Part shown: positions 45,521 to 59,300 of the stretch, in pieces
Numbering within the stretch: the first letter of the stretch is position 1
How the letters are laid out: each line of letters begins with the position of its first letter
NCBI GenBank assembly: GCA_002633005.1
Contig: NMRA01000444.1
Location: 99,456-163,455 of the forward strand
Source: Phoronis australis
Taxonomy: Eukaryota > Animalia > Phoronida
Direction of reading: 5' to 3'
Length of the DNA stretch: 64,000 nucleotides
Position numbers and translations under genes: made by a program
The notes under the pieces: generated by a model
Told to the model about the DNA's origin: nothing
Seen by the model: only the letters and a program-made list of their open reading frames with translations
The model's database searches: none

Positions 45521-47669
45521 AAACTACACGTATGAGCAACCACTGGGGATTAAAACGTGTCTAGAGAGAAGTTTCAATTCAAAATGTTTTGCAAAGTACG
45601 CTTTAGGTCTCACGACGGACCAGGCCAGCTTGATTTGTGTAGATATCGAGTTTCAGTGTACTTCTGGTCCCTCAGCGAACTAGTCTTGTGATGTTTTTTT
45701 ACCAAAATGTGCTTTGTAAAACTATTTATCTCAGCCAGTACTGTTTGGTCCCGCGACAGATCGACTATTTTTATAGGGATGATAAGCACAGGTGTACTTT
45801 TGGTCTCGTGACGGAGGAGGCCAGAGTTTTTGTGTACTCTCAGTGTACATCTGGTCCCTCTACGAACTGCTCCTGTATATCTTTTCACCACGGTGTAGGC
45901 CTACAGAGTGTTTTGGTTTCGTGAAACTGTTTTCAGATGATTTGTTTCCTACATTTGACGTTTTTCAATTGTTGTCAACGTGATTCAGCTTAATAAAGTG
46001 ATACTTAATTGTTTATTGTTGCTTTTAGTAATAGACTATGAGCTGAGAGCACCATCGTTCGCCAGTTTTTCTCGTAACGAGACAGAACACATGTTTATTT
46101 CCGGACTAACAGTACAGGTCTCCATTCTTAAACAGCTTGAGGCTGTTGCGATCATCTGATTTTCAAGTTTTTACGCCCCGTGGGTGCTCCTTATGCTCTT
46201 CAATGTTTGGTAGTTGTCTAAACCCCTGTATACACACCACACTTTTTTCGTATGCTAAAAAGATGTGTGTAAGCAGATGTTCCAACAAAAATTTTTGCTG
46301 GTGGTGTGACTCACACCCAGATGTGCACAATATGGTTTCACGAAACTTATGAGCCACGTTCATGTGACGAAATCGAGAAGGGTTTTTAATTATCTTAAGA
46401 AAAACTCTAGGGACATGTTAAGTGCCAGAAACGTACCAGGATGCATGGAAATTTTACTGTTCGGCTACAAAAACAAAAAGTTGTTTTACACCGGAGAGGG
46501 GTTTACCACCCTCCCGACCTCCGCCCCCCCTCCCACTCGGCGCCACGCGCCTCGGATTCGACCTTTGCGGGAATCCTAAACCCCCCCTTACTGAAAACGT
46601 AGATCTGCCACTGTGTTACACGTTTTATATTTTGTGCCATCAATTCTTAACAAATTTGTCGTATTCAAAATAGTCTTCAAATGCCCAGAAGACCAAATCC
46701 GTTTTTCGTGTTGGCAATAATGACGGGATTGCTTTGGAAATCGTCGTAAGTTAAGGTTTGACACAGAGAGTATTGCGAGTTTCTGAGTGATTCACTAAGG
46801 CTTCAATTAAAATTTACATCTTACCAGCAGCGTCTGTTTTTTCATCGTCACTTAGGTTCCATTTTCTTTAAAAAAGAAGTAAATTTTCTTCATTGCACAG
46901 TGGAGCAGACGACGGAAACGGAGTCGTAGCGCGCAGCGCCACTGCCGGTCGCCTGGGATATCGCGGGGGAGCCTATACTTAGCCATAGTTCAGTTACGAA
47001 TGCGCCGTGTTCCAAATTTGACACTTAAATTTGGATTTGAGCCCCCCCCCNTCCGCCTATGAATAGCACTGCTATCGTGGAAGCAGATTAATCGAGATGC
47101 ATTGCTCTGAACGCCGTCGATTCAGTATGTCCTTCATCTTTATCCGATCATTGTCGGAAAACGTCGATAACGAAGTTGTTGAATGCACACATCGCGCATG
47201 TTCGTCCAAAATGATTCATTCTGTCCTATTCGTCCGACCATAGAACTCCTTTTATGTAACTATTATGTGCTGTTATTTTATGGATTTTGGTAAGTTAAAA
47301 CATTGATGGTTTTTAGAATTAAAAACATTTTAAATCAGTCAGGTATGCGAAATGGTGATTACTTATGAATACCTTTTGCTTCTGATATAATCATCAAGAA
47401 CAGACAAAAGGCTTTCTAATGATATGGCTCTTATGCAATTCGGTTGAAATATGGCGGAGTCGCGAAAAGTTTTTATCACACTAAATTCCATAGCAAGTAC
47501 ACACACCGGGACAAGCGTTTTATCCGTTGTTAATAGAAAAATTTCCCTTATAATAGTCCAGGAGCCGGGGGGGCTGAACGTGAATTTACCGGATAAAGTT
47601 TTTTTTTGCTGTTTCATATAGTAATCATGGTTTAGCGGTGTGAGCGTTCGCAAACCTGGAGCATTTTCA

Positions 47670-48195
47670 AATATGCAAATTAAGACCGCCATTATGCAAA
47701 ATTCTATTTTTGCTTATAATTTCCTTACCAAGCACTACAGGCAGATTATTTTAACGTTTTCACCCATGTTTCCACGGTCAACAACTTTAATAGTGATTTT
47801 TTCTAGGTAGATGCATCGTAAATTTGCATAAGGCCGCCATTATTCAAAATTCTTCTTGCACTTATAGCTACCGTACCAAGCATCACACATGAACTATCAT
47901 GATATTTGCACCTATATTCGTATGGTCAATTAGTTTATTGAAATCAGTTTGCATGTTGTTGCATGATAAATTTGCAAAATTAATGCAAATTAAGGCAGCC
48001 ATTATTTAAAATTCTACTTGAGCTTGTAGCTGCGGTACCAAGCACCACAGCTAAAGAATAATGATATTTGCACCTATGTTCCTATGTTCAATTAGGTAAA
48101 TGAAATCAGTTTGCAAGTTGCATGATAAATTTGCATAATTTATGCAAATAAAGGCCGCCATTATTGAAAATTCTGTTTTTGCTCGTAACTTTCTT
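47670..48195. repeat. Diverged tandem repeat, ~150-165 bp x ~4
   Basis: Recurring ATGCAAATTAAGGCCGCCATTATTCAAAATTCT...TTGC near 47672, 47822, 47984 and 48143. Confidence 0.8.
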
Positions 48196-48374
48196 ACGGG
48201 GGGTGGGGCACTACACGTAGATTATTTTGGTATTTGTAAATAATTTGTAATTTATTACACACATTACAAATTGTAGTTTTGTCTGATACCCATGGTAGAT
48301 CCAGTAGATGACTAAATTGCTTAACTGCATGCACCCAAGACAATAACCTATCGAATGGGACACAATCACAAGAT

Positions 48375-49030
48375 GTTTCTTTTGCCGTCTTAATCGGTCC
48401 ATATCCAAATCACCTCGTATACAGTCGATCTCACCTGGCCGAGAGGTGTCCCGTTAACGTGTGAGGAAGGTGAGTACACGACGCAGCGACGTCAGTGGTT
48501 CTTCGGCTGCCTGAGTGTGTGCCGCTACGGTGTGACGAACCATTAAGTTACGAGGAAAGCGAGAATATCGTTTTTCGATTTCTTCGAGAACCCGAAATGC
48601 TTTGGAAGTGGCTCGCGGCAGTAAAGAGTGAATAAAAACGCCGTTAATGCCAAGTACGAGACCGTGAATATCTCCGTACATGTCTGTGACCGGCATTGTT
48701 CCGTTTCAAAATGAATTCTCACCCTCACCAATGTTTATATAAAACTGAACCAAAGTGTCAAAGTCTGTCTCAGTCGATACAATTTGTAATGCCTTTGGAG
48801 TGTTCGTGAGTGCAAATGTTTTGAAAAACCAAGGATTAATAAATAAATCATGCCGACGTTACCGGCTTCAGATGCAATAAAACTAATTGACCGTGCACTC
48901 GAGGCCGTGTGAGTTCACGCTAATTCTGTGTTTTCTGACAGAAGGCAGTCATGAAACAAAAACTCGATTATATATGCTATAATCAGATGTTAGAGGAATC
49001 TTTATTTATACATTATTCGAATCATTGTCA
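48375..49030 (+). mobile_element. Second, inverted and more decayed copy of the 35689-37390 Kolobok-like THAP element
   Basis: 48385-48700 resembles the reverse complement of ~37040-37360 (CCGAGAGGTGTC..GTTAACGTGTGAGGAAGGTGAG..ACGACGCAGCGACGTCA); 48735-49025 resembles the reverse complement of ~36480-36760. Confidence 0.8.
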
Positions 49031-52000
49031 TAGTAAAACTGTTGCCCTCAGGCAAATACAGGTTAAGTAAAAAAAAACAGCATTTGGCTCCCGAACTATT
49101 TGTGTCATCTTGATTATTTACAGTCACTCATGGGCGTGCATCATAGGGGGGCTGAAGGGCTCAGGGCTGCGCCGCCCATGTCACTAGGCCGGCGAGAACT
49201 ACATAAGAAAGACTTTAAATGAACTATTTTACTGCATTCTAGTCAGAAACAAATGTCGATCTGCCTCATATGCACCATTTCCTTATTGATATAAAATCAA
49301 AACTCTTTATAGTTTACGCATTTACGTCAAAGAGCACAATATACAAAACAGAACAATGGTGACTTATTAAAGTAGGCGGATATCACGTGATCAATTGGAT
49401 CACTACAGCATAACAGCTAAAAGCTTTTTGTTTAAAGACAAGCAATTCCCATTTAATAACATATGTTCGAACTCCCATGACTCTCATTCAACATTTGTTC
49501 ATTATATACAATTAAATCCGGATAACATTTGTATAATAAAAACTAGTGGATACTAAACTAAGCAATAGTATTATGATTGCAAATACTGCACACAGCCTAT
49601 TGGCGTCTACATGCTGCCTCTTGCATACCATTAAGTAGGTATAATATTAATACTTTACTAGATGGCACCTTGGTAATATCATAGAACTCTAGAAATAGAA
49701 TGCCTTCTGCAGGACGTGACCCATGCAAATGTGTTAGAACTTGCGACCTCGAGATTTCACGGGACTGGCTGCGAGAGTTTGCACTGTGCATTTCTGGTTG
49801 TGTGCTCGCCTCAAATTAAAATGACTGTTGGTTTCAATAGAGTTAAAATCAATCTTTTTGATACATGTAACTATCCAGGGTCATATCTCGGTTTAATGTA
49901 GTTAGCCAAATGTCGTCTAAACAGCAATAAATACATAACAACGGACAGGAAATAATGGCATTGATTAATTAACACCTCACACTCTTGTATTACCTTAAGC
50001 CATCTTAACGACGTCATTATTGGAAAAGTGACCGAAAGGCTATACAGTAGATTTTGAATAACGCAGTTGTAAAGCTCACAGTTGCATTTCGCTCTGGTTA
50101 GCTGGCTATAAAACGGAAATGGAGTTAGACTGTTTACTCTCATAAAACCCTTAGTTGGTGTTTACCAACCATGAAATTGCACATGTACTCATTGAGTTGG
50201 CAACGGAAATAGATCCAGCAGGGTAAGGACTATAATTCCACTGATTTTATGAGAGTGAAAGGAGTTATCTGATTTTCGTTTTTTTGCGGGATAAACAGAG
50301 CCGAATACAACTTTAATCTCTTCTTTTTACGACGATAGACGTTTGTGCCATTCATCTGCAATGTAACTTACATAGTCTCATGTCAGTAGCAGTGTGTGAA
50401 GTACAAATAATGACATGAACGACTAGTCCTAACCATAATTTTCAGTAAATGGTCTTTGTATATACTGAAAAAAACGTCTTATTTTAATAGATCATGGCTC
50501 GTATCTGTGCTTGGCTGCTTAGCAAAGTTGTTGATCTTTTTTCACAAACCTTATGAATGCATATAACCAGTTTTTGAAGAAAGTAGCTTATCAGCTCAAC
50601 TACAGCTACTGGCGTAGAAGGGCGCATTTTGGGGACAGTTGTTGTATGGGGGACAGTTGCTGTGTGGGGACAATTCCTGAAATTAACTAACACTTAACCA
50701 GAGCTATGAAACAAAAACGAATCATTGTTTTTTCTTTTGATTTTATTACAAATCGCTAATTCTAGCCGATGTATGTTAGCTATTCACTAAAATCAAGTCA
50801 CGTGACTTTTAAGTTGCAGCGTTCAGCCATTAATTCAAAATCAAAAAACTATTTTGTTTCTTGTACGTTACAACAAGGTTCACAAGCGATGTATATGAAA
50901 CAAACGTGATATGCGGAATAAAACCTGATATTTCAGACTGATGTATCAGATAATTATATTTCAACAAGTAACTAGTGAACGACGAAGAAGGCTAAACGCT
51001 TACTTCCAGGTTTGGCAGAATCGATTGGCAGTAAATAACGATTAGTCGGTGATGGATGGCAGCCTCGGCAACAGTATTGAAAAGAAACAGAAGTAACGTG
51101 TTCGTAAAAATTGTGAATTGGATCTGCTGTTATTGTGTAGCTATTGGTCATACGTATGTAATGTACTACAAAATTGTCTTTTATGGTGGACAACAGTACG
51201 TGTTGCTCTACATTGAAAGAATTGACGTTAAAAGCTGATAAACTTGCAACGAAAACGCTTTAGTCTCATATCGGTTGAGGAGCTTACGACTAGACTAGTC
51301 TACCAGTTGAATTTCTGAAAATAGACCCACCTGTTTTTTCGTAAATTTTTCCAAAAGTACGCCGGTGGGCGTGCTTTCGGTAACTAAAAATCTGATGGGT
51401 TGTTTTACTGAATATGCGTATATGTTACATGTTTTGATGTAAAATGTTTATTTTAAGAAGACATTATATTTTGGGATCGTGATTTCGCTCAAATGACTGT
51501 CCTTTAACGAGGTATTGGCTACCCTAGTTGTTGGTAACCAACTATATTAACACAGTATGAAAGACGGTTTTAATCACTCAGCATTCGAAAATACACCCGT
51601 GCATGTATTCCATTTGAAAGGTCGTTTCCCACGTATCTGCCCATGGCCTATGCGTTCAGAAATTCCGGGGAATGCTTAGGCCTATCTCCGGCCATCCACG
51701 ATTCACGACTATTACTATACGAACGACTTGTATCTGGCTTCAGTCCTCTTAGCCCCCAGTTTCTGAAAGTACCCCAATGATGTGGTGTTTTCCCGGAAGA
51801 TCCCTCGGCAGTCTCTTCACTGCGGGAGCAAATGCACGACATGATTTTCATTGAAAAAAAATCGGTAATCAGTATTTCCAAATGACGGGTTTATTGATCC
51901 GGATGGCAATAACGACGTGGTTTCCACTTTGATTCCATTACTGCAGTCAGAGTGTGGACGTTCACGTATAGCTCGCGCCCCATAAGATGATGCATTATGT

Positions 52001-52912
52001 AATACAGGACGATACAGGTGTATTATTTCTGATATTGATCACGTTATGGTCTGGCTAACACTTTTGCAGCCTCTGTCCACAAGCCTCAAGACGTCGTTGA
52101 TCGGTTTATCTATTTGAGTTAGTAACAACCACAGGTCCTCCGATCTACGGGAAACCATCCGAGAATCAGTTACCATTACAAACTCGCGAAAGTCTCGTTT
52201 TGCGAGACTATATCTATATAAATGGGCATTGTCGTTATCCACATGAAACAAGGCACAGCTTTTATTATTTGTTTTATTTCACTATCGAATAACGATAGGC
52301 TTCTATGTGGAATTACTAGATTTTTATATTTCACACTTGTTTTTAATTGCATCAGTTGCGGTGTTTTCTTTAGAACCACAACTTATTTACAAATTGTTTC
52401 TTTTCATGATTATACTTGTACACACAGCTCGCTGGTTCCCTGCGTCAAAGAGGCGTGCTTAGCCCTCGCTGGAGTGGTTCCCGCATTGCAAGTGCTGGCG
52501 CGGCTACCGCTCCACCAGGCAGGGAACCAGCGATGTACACGCAGTTATGCAGGAAGTTACCAGGTAGCGTTTGCTACAAATTTGACTATTCGCGGTTTTA
52601 GTGAGACATAGCATCTATACATAGTGCCAGGCACATTTTTACAGAATATTACGACCGAGATGAAGTTATATCAACGTTTAAATTTACTGTAGTGTAATAC
52701 AACAAGAGCAACACGGAGTGTTGAAATGCGCCCACGAATGCATCGCAAATGGTGTGCATTTAGGGTTGTTTATTTGTATTGTAAAAATGGCCACTAGATG
52801 GTGCAAAAACGTACAATCCATCCAAAAACGGGAACACGCCATATTTCATAAAAATCTGTCGAGGAATTTCAGAGAAACAAAGGAAAACATAATAAAATGA
52901 AATTGCCACTTG

Positions 52913-54295
52913 TTTTTTTTATAATGTTTATTATGAAATCTTCGATACAATGAATATACATAACCCAGAAAGCGCCAAGAGGCATTATATCTGGGTTAAA
53001 AAAGTACAAAGAAATCTATATACAATTATTTTACACAAATATATAAAAAAGAAATATGTATATAATTATTTTACACAAACAAATAAATTTTTAAAAAATG
53101 TTGTTAAGATTACAATGACAGTCATGTGATTACGAAAGTAAATAAATCATTTTCGTAGACATTTATAGAATTATATCCACTCACACAAAGAGATTTAATA
53201 TTATAAACAAATTTTGATACTATTTCGAATAAAACCTTATTTTCACTTGGGTTGAGTTCTTGACTTCCATATAGAAAAAAAACTAATTTTGTTGTACACT
53301 TGCGGAATTTCAGAATATTTTTTATAAATATTGGGGTATTGTTCGAGTGTCTGGAAAAGCTGTACCCTCTGCTCCTTGCATATCTCACAAGCAAAGAAAA
53401 CATGAGCATTTATCTGTGCGTCTCCACAGCAACACAGAGGCGAAATGTAATTAAAATTATGTCTAAGTTTCTCGTTGTTTAGGAATAGACAGCATCTTGA
53501 TCTGCATAGGATTATTTCGTGGTTGCGGGGAAGTTGGAACGATATCAATGGGACTGGCAACTCTTGAGTAGTAGTATGCATTTTAAAGTTATTTTTTACG
53601 GTAACGATTGAAGTGCTTTCTTTTATTTTGGATGATAAGGAATTCCAATTGTCAATACAAGTTAATATGGTAGATTTCCTGAAGGCTTGTCTGAGGGAAG
53701 ATGGAATAGTGTGCATATTACTTTGGAGCAGTCATGGTCTCGTGCTTGATCTTTTGTAAGAGACAAAGAGGATTTTGTTTGAGTAATTGTTTATGTTGGT
53801 TAAGACTTTGAATGTATACATGGACAAGTGGAGTTTACGACGGGTTGCTAGTTTGCTCCAGTTGAGACTGTTTAAAACCTTGATTATGTTGGATCCTTTT
53901 TATGCTCCTGTTATGGCTAAAGCTGCTTGTTATTGTAGTCTTTCTAATTGAAGAAGTATGCCAGCGTTTGCCGATTGGTAGATTATGTCACAGTAATCTA
54001 GATGTGGAAGAACAAAAGACTTGAGTAGAGTTTCAAGATGCATGGAGTTGAGATGACGAGAGACAATTCTAATTAATTTGATTAATTTTTGTACTTTGTG
54101 AACGAGTTCGCGACAGTGAGGAGTAAATGTAAGCTTGTGGTCTAGTAGCAATCAAAGGTGTTTGTGTGTAAACTTATTGGGAATAACTTCCCCATTGAGT
54201 GATAATTCCAGCATTGGATTTGTGTCATCAGCATATAAGAATGTTTTAGAGTTTATTGTGTCTGGAAGATCATTGACGTACAATAAAAAGAGTAA
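52913..54295 (-). mobile_element. 5'-truncated LINE (RT C-terminus, CR1/L2-group-like) with 14-bp TSD
   Basis: TSD GAAATTGCCACTTG at 52899-52912 and 54296-54309; AATAAA and A-tail at the 3' end; LLFLLYVNDLP...FLYADDT, LKSFVLPHLDYCDIIY, SPLCCCG..HVFFAC; frameshifted. Confidence 0.92.
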
Positions 54296-55030
54296 GAAAT
54301 TGCCACTTGTGGGCACAGCGTCCGTTGGATCCACCTGAAAATCGTCATCGTATGTTGTTATCTTCACATTAATACACTTACTAAATTTAATAAAGATAAT
54401 GCAGTGGGTTTAGGAGATACTGCTATGGTCGAAAAACAAAACAAAACAAAACTACCACTAGGAGGCGCTACAGTAGTCAATTGCCATCATCAAACGTCCT
54501 CTTCACACTGAGAACATATACGCCAATTTTCAAAACAATCCCTAGAATGATTTTGTAGACGCCAAAAACAAGATTTGAAAATAGCAAAAATGGCTACTAG
54601 GTGGTGCAAAATACCTCAGTTCCATCCAAAAACAGGAGGATAGCGTCATCTCACCAATACATGCGTATATTCAAAATTTTATGAAAATCTGTTGAGGACC
54701 TTTGAAGGTAAAGAGGTCAACGTAAAAAACTAGAATTGCCACTACCGGGCACACCAGTACTCAGATCCGTCCGAAAGTCGTCGTCGTCCGTCGTCAACAT
54801 CATATAAATACACTTGCTAACTTAAGTAAAAGATCCTGCAAACGGTTTAGAAGATACAGCCATGAGCGCAAAAAACAAAACTGTCACTAGGAGGCGCTAC
54901 AGTAGTCGAAGTCGTCGGAAAATCATCGTTAGCCATTCACTTTATAGTAAAAACATACATGCCAATTTTCACAATTATCCTGAAAGCGATTTGCTTGATA
55001 TACAAATGGAGGTGCTCGATTACGTCTATT
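54296..55030. repeat. Diverged tandem repeat family (GCCACTAGGAGGCGCTACAG ... CATGCCAATTTTC) hosting the LINE
   Basis: Motif recurs near 52789, 54302, 54455, 54592, 54738 and 54884, and again at 63904-64000. Confidence 0.75.
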
Positions 55031-56399
55031 TTCCTGTTTTTTTGTGAAATCGTGCAACCAACTTTCATGTTGAAGAAGGTCACTTCGTGCACCGTCGTCT
55101 GACCGCACGACGGTGGAATGAACTGTCACCTTTTTCCAAGCTTAATGGTGTTTAGCCTTCCGTAATTAAGGTGTCCCATTTCAGACGGGACCCTCTCTCA
55201 GTGAAGCAGTTCGGAGAAATGTCCCTTTGTCCCTCTATACATGTAAATCCGACTCTGCCAAGTATTCACAAGGAAAGCTGTGATTCGAAATTCATCAAAA
55301 AACACAAAACATTCGAGAACAGCACAGAAGTATTAAGATATTCGACCCCAACAACCAAAAAATGTGAAAAGATACAATACGATTGACCGCCATCGAAAGG
55401 GAGTCAGGAATTTTAAAGAACCTGAAGACCGCTGTTTGTTAATTACACAAAGGGACTATTTCCGATGGTTAGTTATAAAATAATGTTACTGTTTCCCATA
55501 TTATCACAAGAATAGTATCTCTTTTGAAGATGGTTACTATGAGTTGTTTGTATGGAATTCCCACATGTGGAAAACTCTGCTGTCAAAGCTACAATTGGGG
55601 TGACCGTATACATTGTCGAATGAGTGTACCCAAATACTCGCAATAATAAACAAAATAAACAAATATTTCAGTGTTTTTTTAAGGTCAAGTTAAACTCGTG
55701 AACCGTTATAGGTACCTCGTAAACAGCAAAAATACATCTTACTATGAATCTCCCATTTCCCCCGGTTACCCGTCAAAAATCTGTGGACATGCCCGCGGAA
55801 ATTGCTTATAACATTCCGTTTTTATCAACAAATTCGTTGGTGTCTGATTTACATGTTTATGCATCTACTAAAACCGACAGATGATTTTTGGCAATTAGAA
55901 GCTAATCTTTTCAGAAATGATGACGATTCAGAGAATTTAGTTGAAGCCTAAATATGGAAAAACTATAATCCGATGCTCAAAAAGTACAACGCACTTAATA
56001 GACTCTTTTGCCTTTCTAAAATAACTCTCAAAAACATTGATGACGTTTGGACACTTCCCAAAAAAATTACAATTCAAATGACAATAAATGCATTGCTTTT
56101 TGACTTCGGTACAAGATTTGTTCTCACTAACAGGGGATCAAAAAGGAATAAGTCATTAAATCAAGGTAAACGCATTGCTCGTGAATTTGATTGTTGGTTT
56201 CTGATTTACATGTTTATGTATCTACAAAACTGGACTGATTGAGAGATGATCTTATTTTTAAATTTTTTTATATACATTTATTGGCAATGAGAAAAACATT
56301 ACAGTACCACAAAAAGACAAAGAACACCACACACACACACACACACACACACGCATACCCCACAACTAATCCTCTTGACTGCTCAGAAAAACCGTTTCA

Positions 56400-59300
56400 A
56401 AGTTACACCATCTTTTTTGTATAAATTCTAAATTCAAATTCTTACGAGCATTATACTTTTCACTCATATATTCTTAGGTGAAGTTTAAAAAATTACTTAG
56501 AAGTAAATCTTTTTGATCCAAACTTTTGGGTTTAAATAAACTGTTTACCCAATAATAAAACAGTGTTTTTAAAATTCTCTTTTTTATCAAAAAAGCCAAA
56601 AATAACGTTGTTGCAGGAGAGAGTGCCGATACACTGGGGATTGCTTTGTTTAGAATTTCGTTATTAACTTTTGTCCAAAATGAATTTACTGTTTCACATT
56701 CCCAAAATAAGTGTTTCAAAGTCTCTTTTGATTGTCCGCAAAAGGAACAAAAGTCGTCATCCGTAACTTGAAGTATTTTTAAAAATGAGTTAGTAGTCAA
56801 AATTCTCGTCAAGAGTCTGAACTGAAGCCACCTAATTCTTGAGTCTCCTGTTGTGTTATATAGAAGGGAATAAACATCTTCCCATGAAAAATTAGTTGAC
56901 TGTGTTTACGTTCAGTTCGTTGATCCATTTTGACTCCGCTTTTGAGACTTTGGAACTATAATTTAAATGTATAGAGATATGTTGTCACCCTCTCCCACCA
57001 CTTTTCAGTTTCATTAAAATCGTTGGGATAACAGGACAATACGCATCAAAACTAACAACTCTATCAATACCACATTTCTGTTGGTACTTAAATATCACTG
57101 AAATTAGACTATTATACTCCATAAAGCTCGTTTTGATACCTAAAATATCCACAATAAATCTATAGTTCAAAATATATTCGTCTGGGGAAAATAAGTCCTT
57201 TACAAAGACTATGCCTCTATTGCACCAGTTCCTGTAGAAAATACTTTTTCCTCCTGCCTGCAGACCACTGCTAAACCATAAAGGTTGGTTAAGAAAATCT
57301 ATCTGATTTTTGACCTTCAAACAATTTCCAAAGGAGATTACACATTCAAAAAAATCTTTCCAGAAGTGATTGTCAGTATTAGGCAACTTTATCTTGAGAA
57401 AGTCAACTCCGTACTTAGCGAAATTTCTAAATTCAGGAAAAATCAAATGAAACAAACCGGCAGCCTTAGACTGACCGTTTACAAATTTTGTTAAGATGTT
57501 AATCTTTAAAGCTTTACAGAATGAAAATATGTTAATCATTCTGACACCTCCTTCATTATAATTACAAACAGCTCGGGAGCGCTTAGTTTTGTCGCTGCGA
57601 CCTTGCCAGACGAATTTAAAAAACATTGAGTTCAGTTTTTCTAGAAGGTTGTGGCAAGGATATCAGAAGAATGTACAATTTTTGAAACCGCTAGCGCCTT
57701 GATTACTGTAATCCTCCCGAAAGGCGTCAAAATTCTTTTAGACCAATTTTTCAAGATTAATTCAATATCTTTCAATTTCGCCAAGTAACTCTGATCTGCC
57801 ATATCATGTAAGCTCACTTGGAAATTAATCCCCAAGAACATGAAATTTGTTTTGGTCCATGATAACTGTTCCCTGACAGGAATTTTTTCATCACTGTTCT
57901 CCAGGCTGCCAAACCAAATGGCTTTTGTTTTTTCTACATTGACCCTGAGGCCAGAGAAATGAGTAAACAGATTTAGAACATTTAAAGTAGACCGTAAAGA
58001 CGACTCTGAGCCATCTAAAATAATAGAGGTGTCATCAGCATATTGAGTTAGTAAGTATTCACGATCCATAATTTTGATTCCATTTGTATTTTTGTTGTGT
58101 CTGATCATGAAAGCCAAAATTTCCGCACAAATAATAAATAGATAAGGAGATAACGGGTCACCTTGTCTGACTCCTCTCTGTATATTAAACCAACGAGAAG
58201 GTTGGCCATTAACAATAACACATGATTTGATATTGTTGTAGAAAACTTTGACCCATCTATTAATTGACCACCCAAAATCAAAAAAAAAAGATAAAGCTTT
58301 TTCAATAAAACTCTAGGACAAAGAGTCAAAGGCTTTTTCAAAATCTATAAGAAGTAGTAGCCCAGGTATCTGGATCTTCTGGGTATAATAGAACAGATCG
58401 TATAGCACAAGAATGTTATCAGCCAAATTCCTTCCCCGGATGTAGCCACTCTGATCCTCATGAATAATTTCCCTAGCACAGACTTAATGCGTTCTCCAAT
58501 TGCTGCAGACGCGATTTTGTAGGTTACATTGAGAAGAGAAATAGGACGCTAGTTTTTTTAGAAAATGTTTACTTTTGTCTGCACTTTTGGGAATACAGGT
58601 AATAATACCCTCTTTCTGAATGGATGATAGTTGACCCACAGCAAAGCTGGTATTTATAGATCGGAGTACAAAAATACCTATATCATCCCAAAAGAATTTA
58701 AAAAATTCAATGGTAAACCCATCAGAGCCAAGACTCTTATTGTTTTTCATTTTTTTTTCTAACATTTGGTGATTTTCTCATAGATCAAAAGACCTTCAAG
58801 TTTGTTTTTTCATTTTCATCGAGCCTAGGACATGTTACCTCTTCTAAGAAATCGCCTAAGTTATCATCAGTAGTTGTCCTAGTTCTATAGAGATTTTCAG
58901 AAAAGAGAGCAGTCTCCTGTATAATTCAGACTCACTTCCTGTTTTTCCATTATCTGATTTCCACAGGAAGGGCATGTGTTTACTTGAAAAATGCATATTT
59001 TCTAGGTGTAAAAAATATTTGGAGGGGACTTCTTCCTCGATCCATCTCGCTTTGGACCTGATCATATTGCCATACAATCGTTGTTTCCTCAGCTCAATCA
59101 ACTGAGAGCGCTTCTCGGCAATGGAGCCTATGTCCAAATTTTCCGCTTTTTCTAATTTATCAATTTCGTCTAAAAACATAGATTCTGATCTGTCCACCTG
59201 TTTTTTCTAGAAAAAGCAATGGTTGAACCACGAATCTCCATCAGAAGAGTTTCTAAAAATAGTTAATCATTAATACATAACTGCAACTCACTGTCTGCAA

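Noticed and set aside
45610-45891. Beta/gamma-crystallin-like ORF
   Set aside because: The resemblance (VRRGTRCTL, SSLR) is slight, Greek-key aromatic residues are missing, and the ORF overlaps a DNA-level repeat.
51648-52251. Possible exons (a KRLP..IIGV sulfotransferase-like stub; a 70-aa ORF)
   Set aside because: The stub hits a stop within a few codons, the motif spacing is wrong, and no consistent exon chain could be built.
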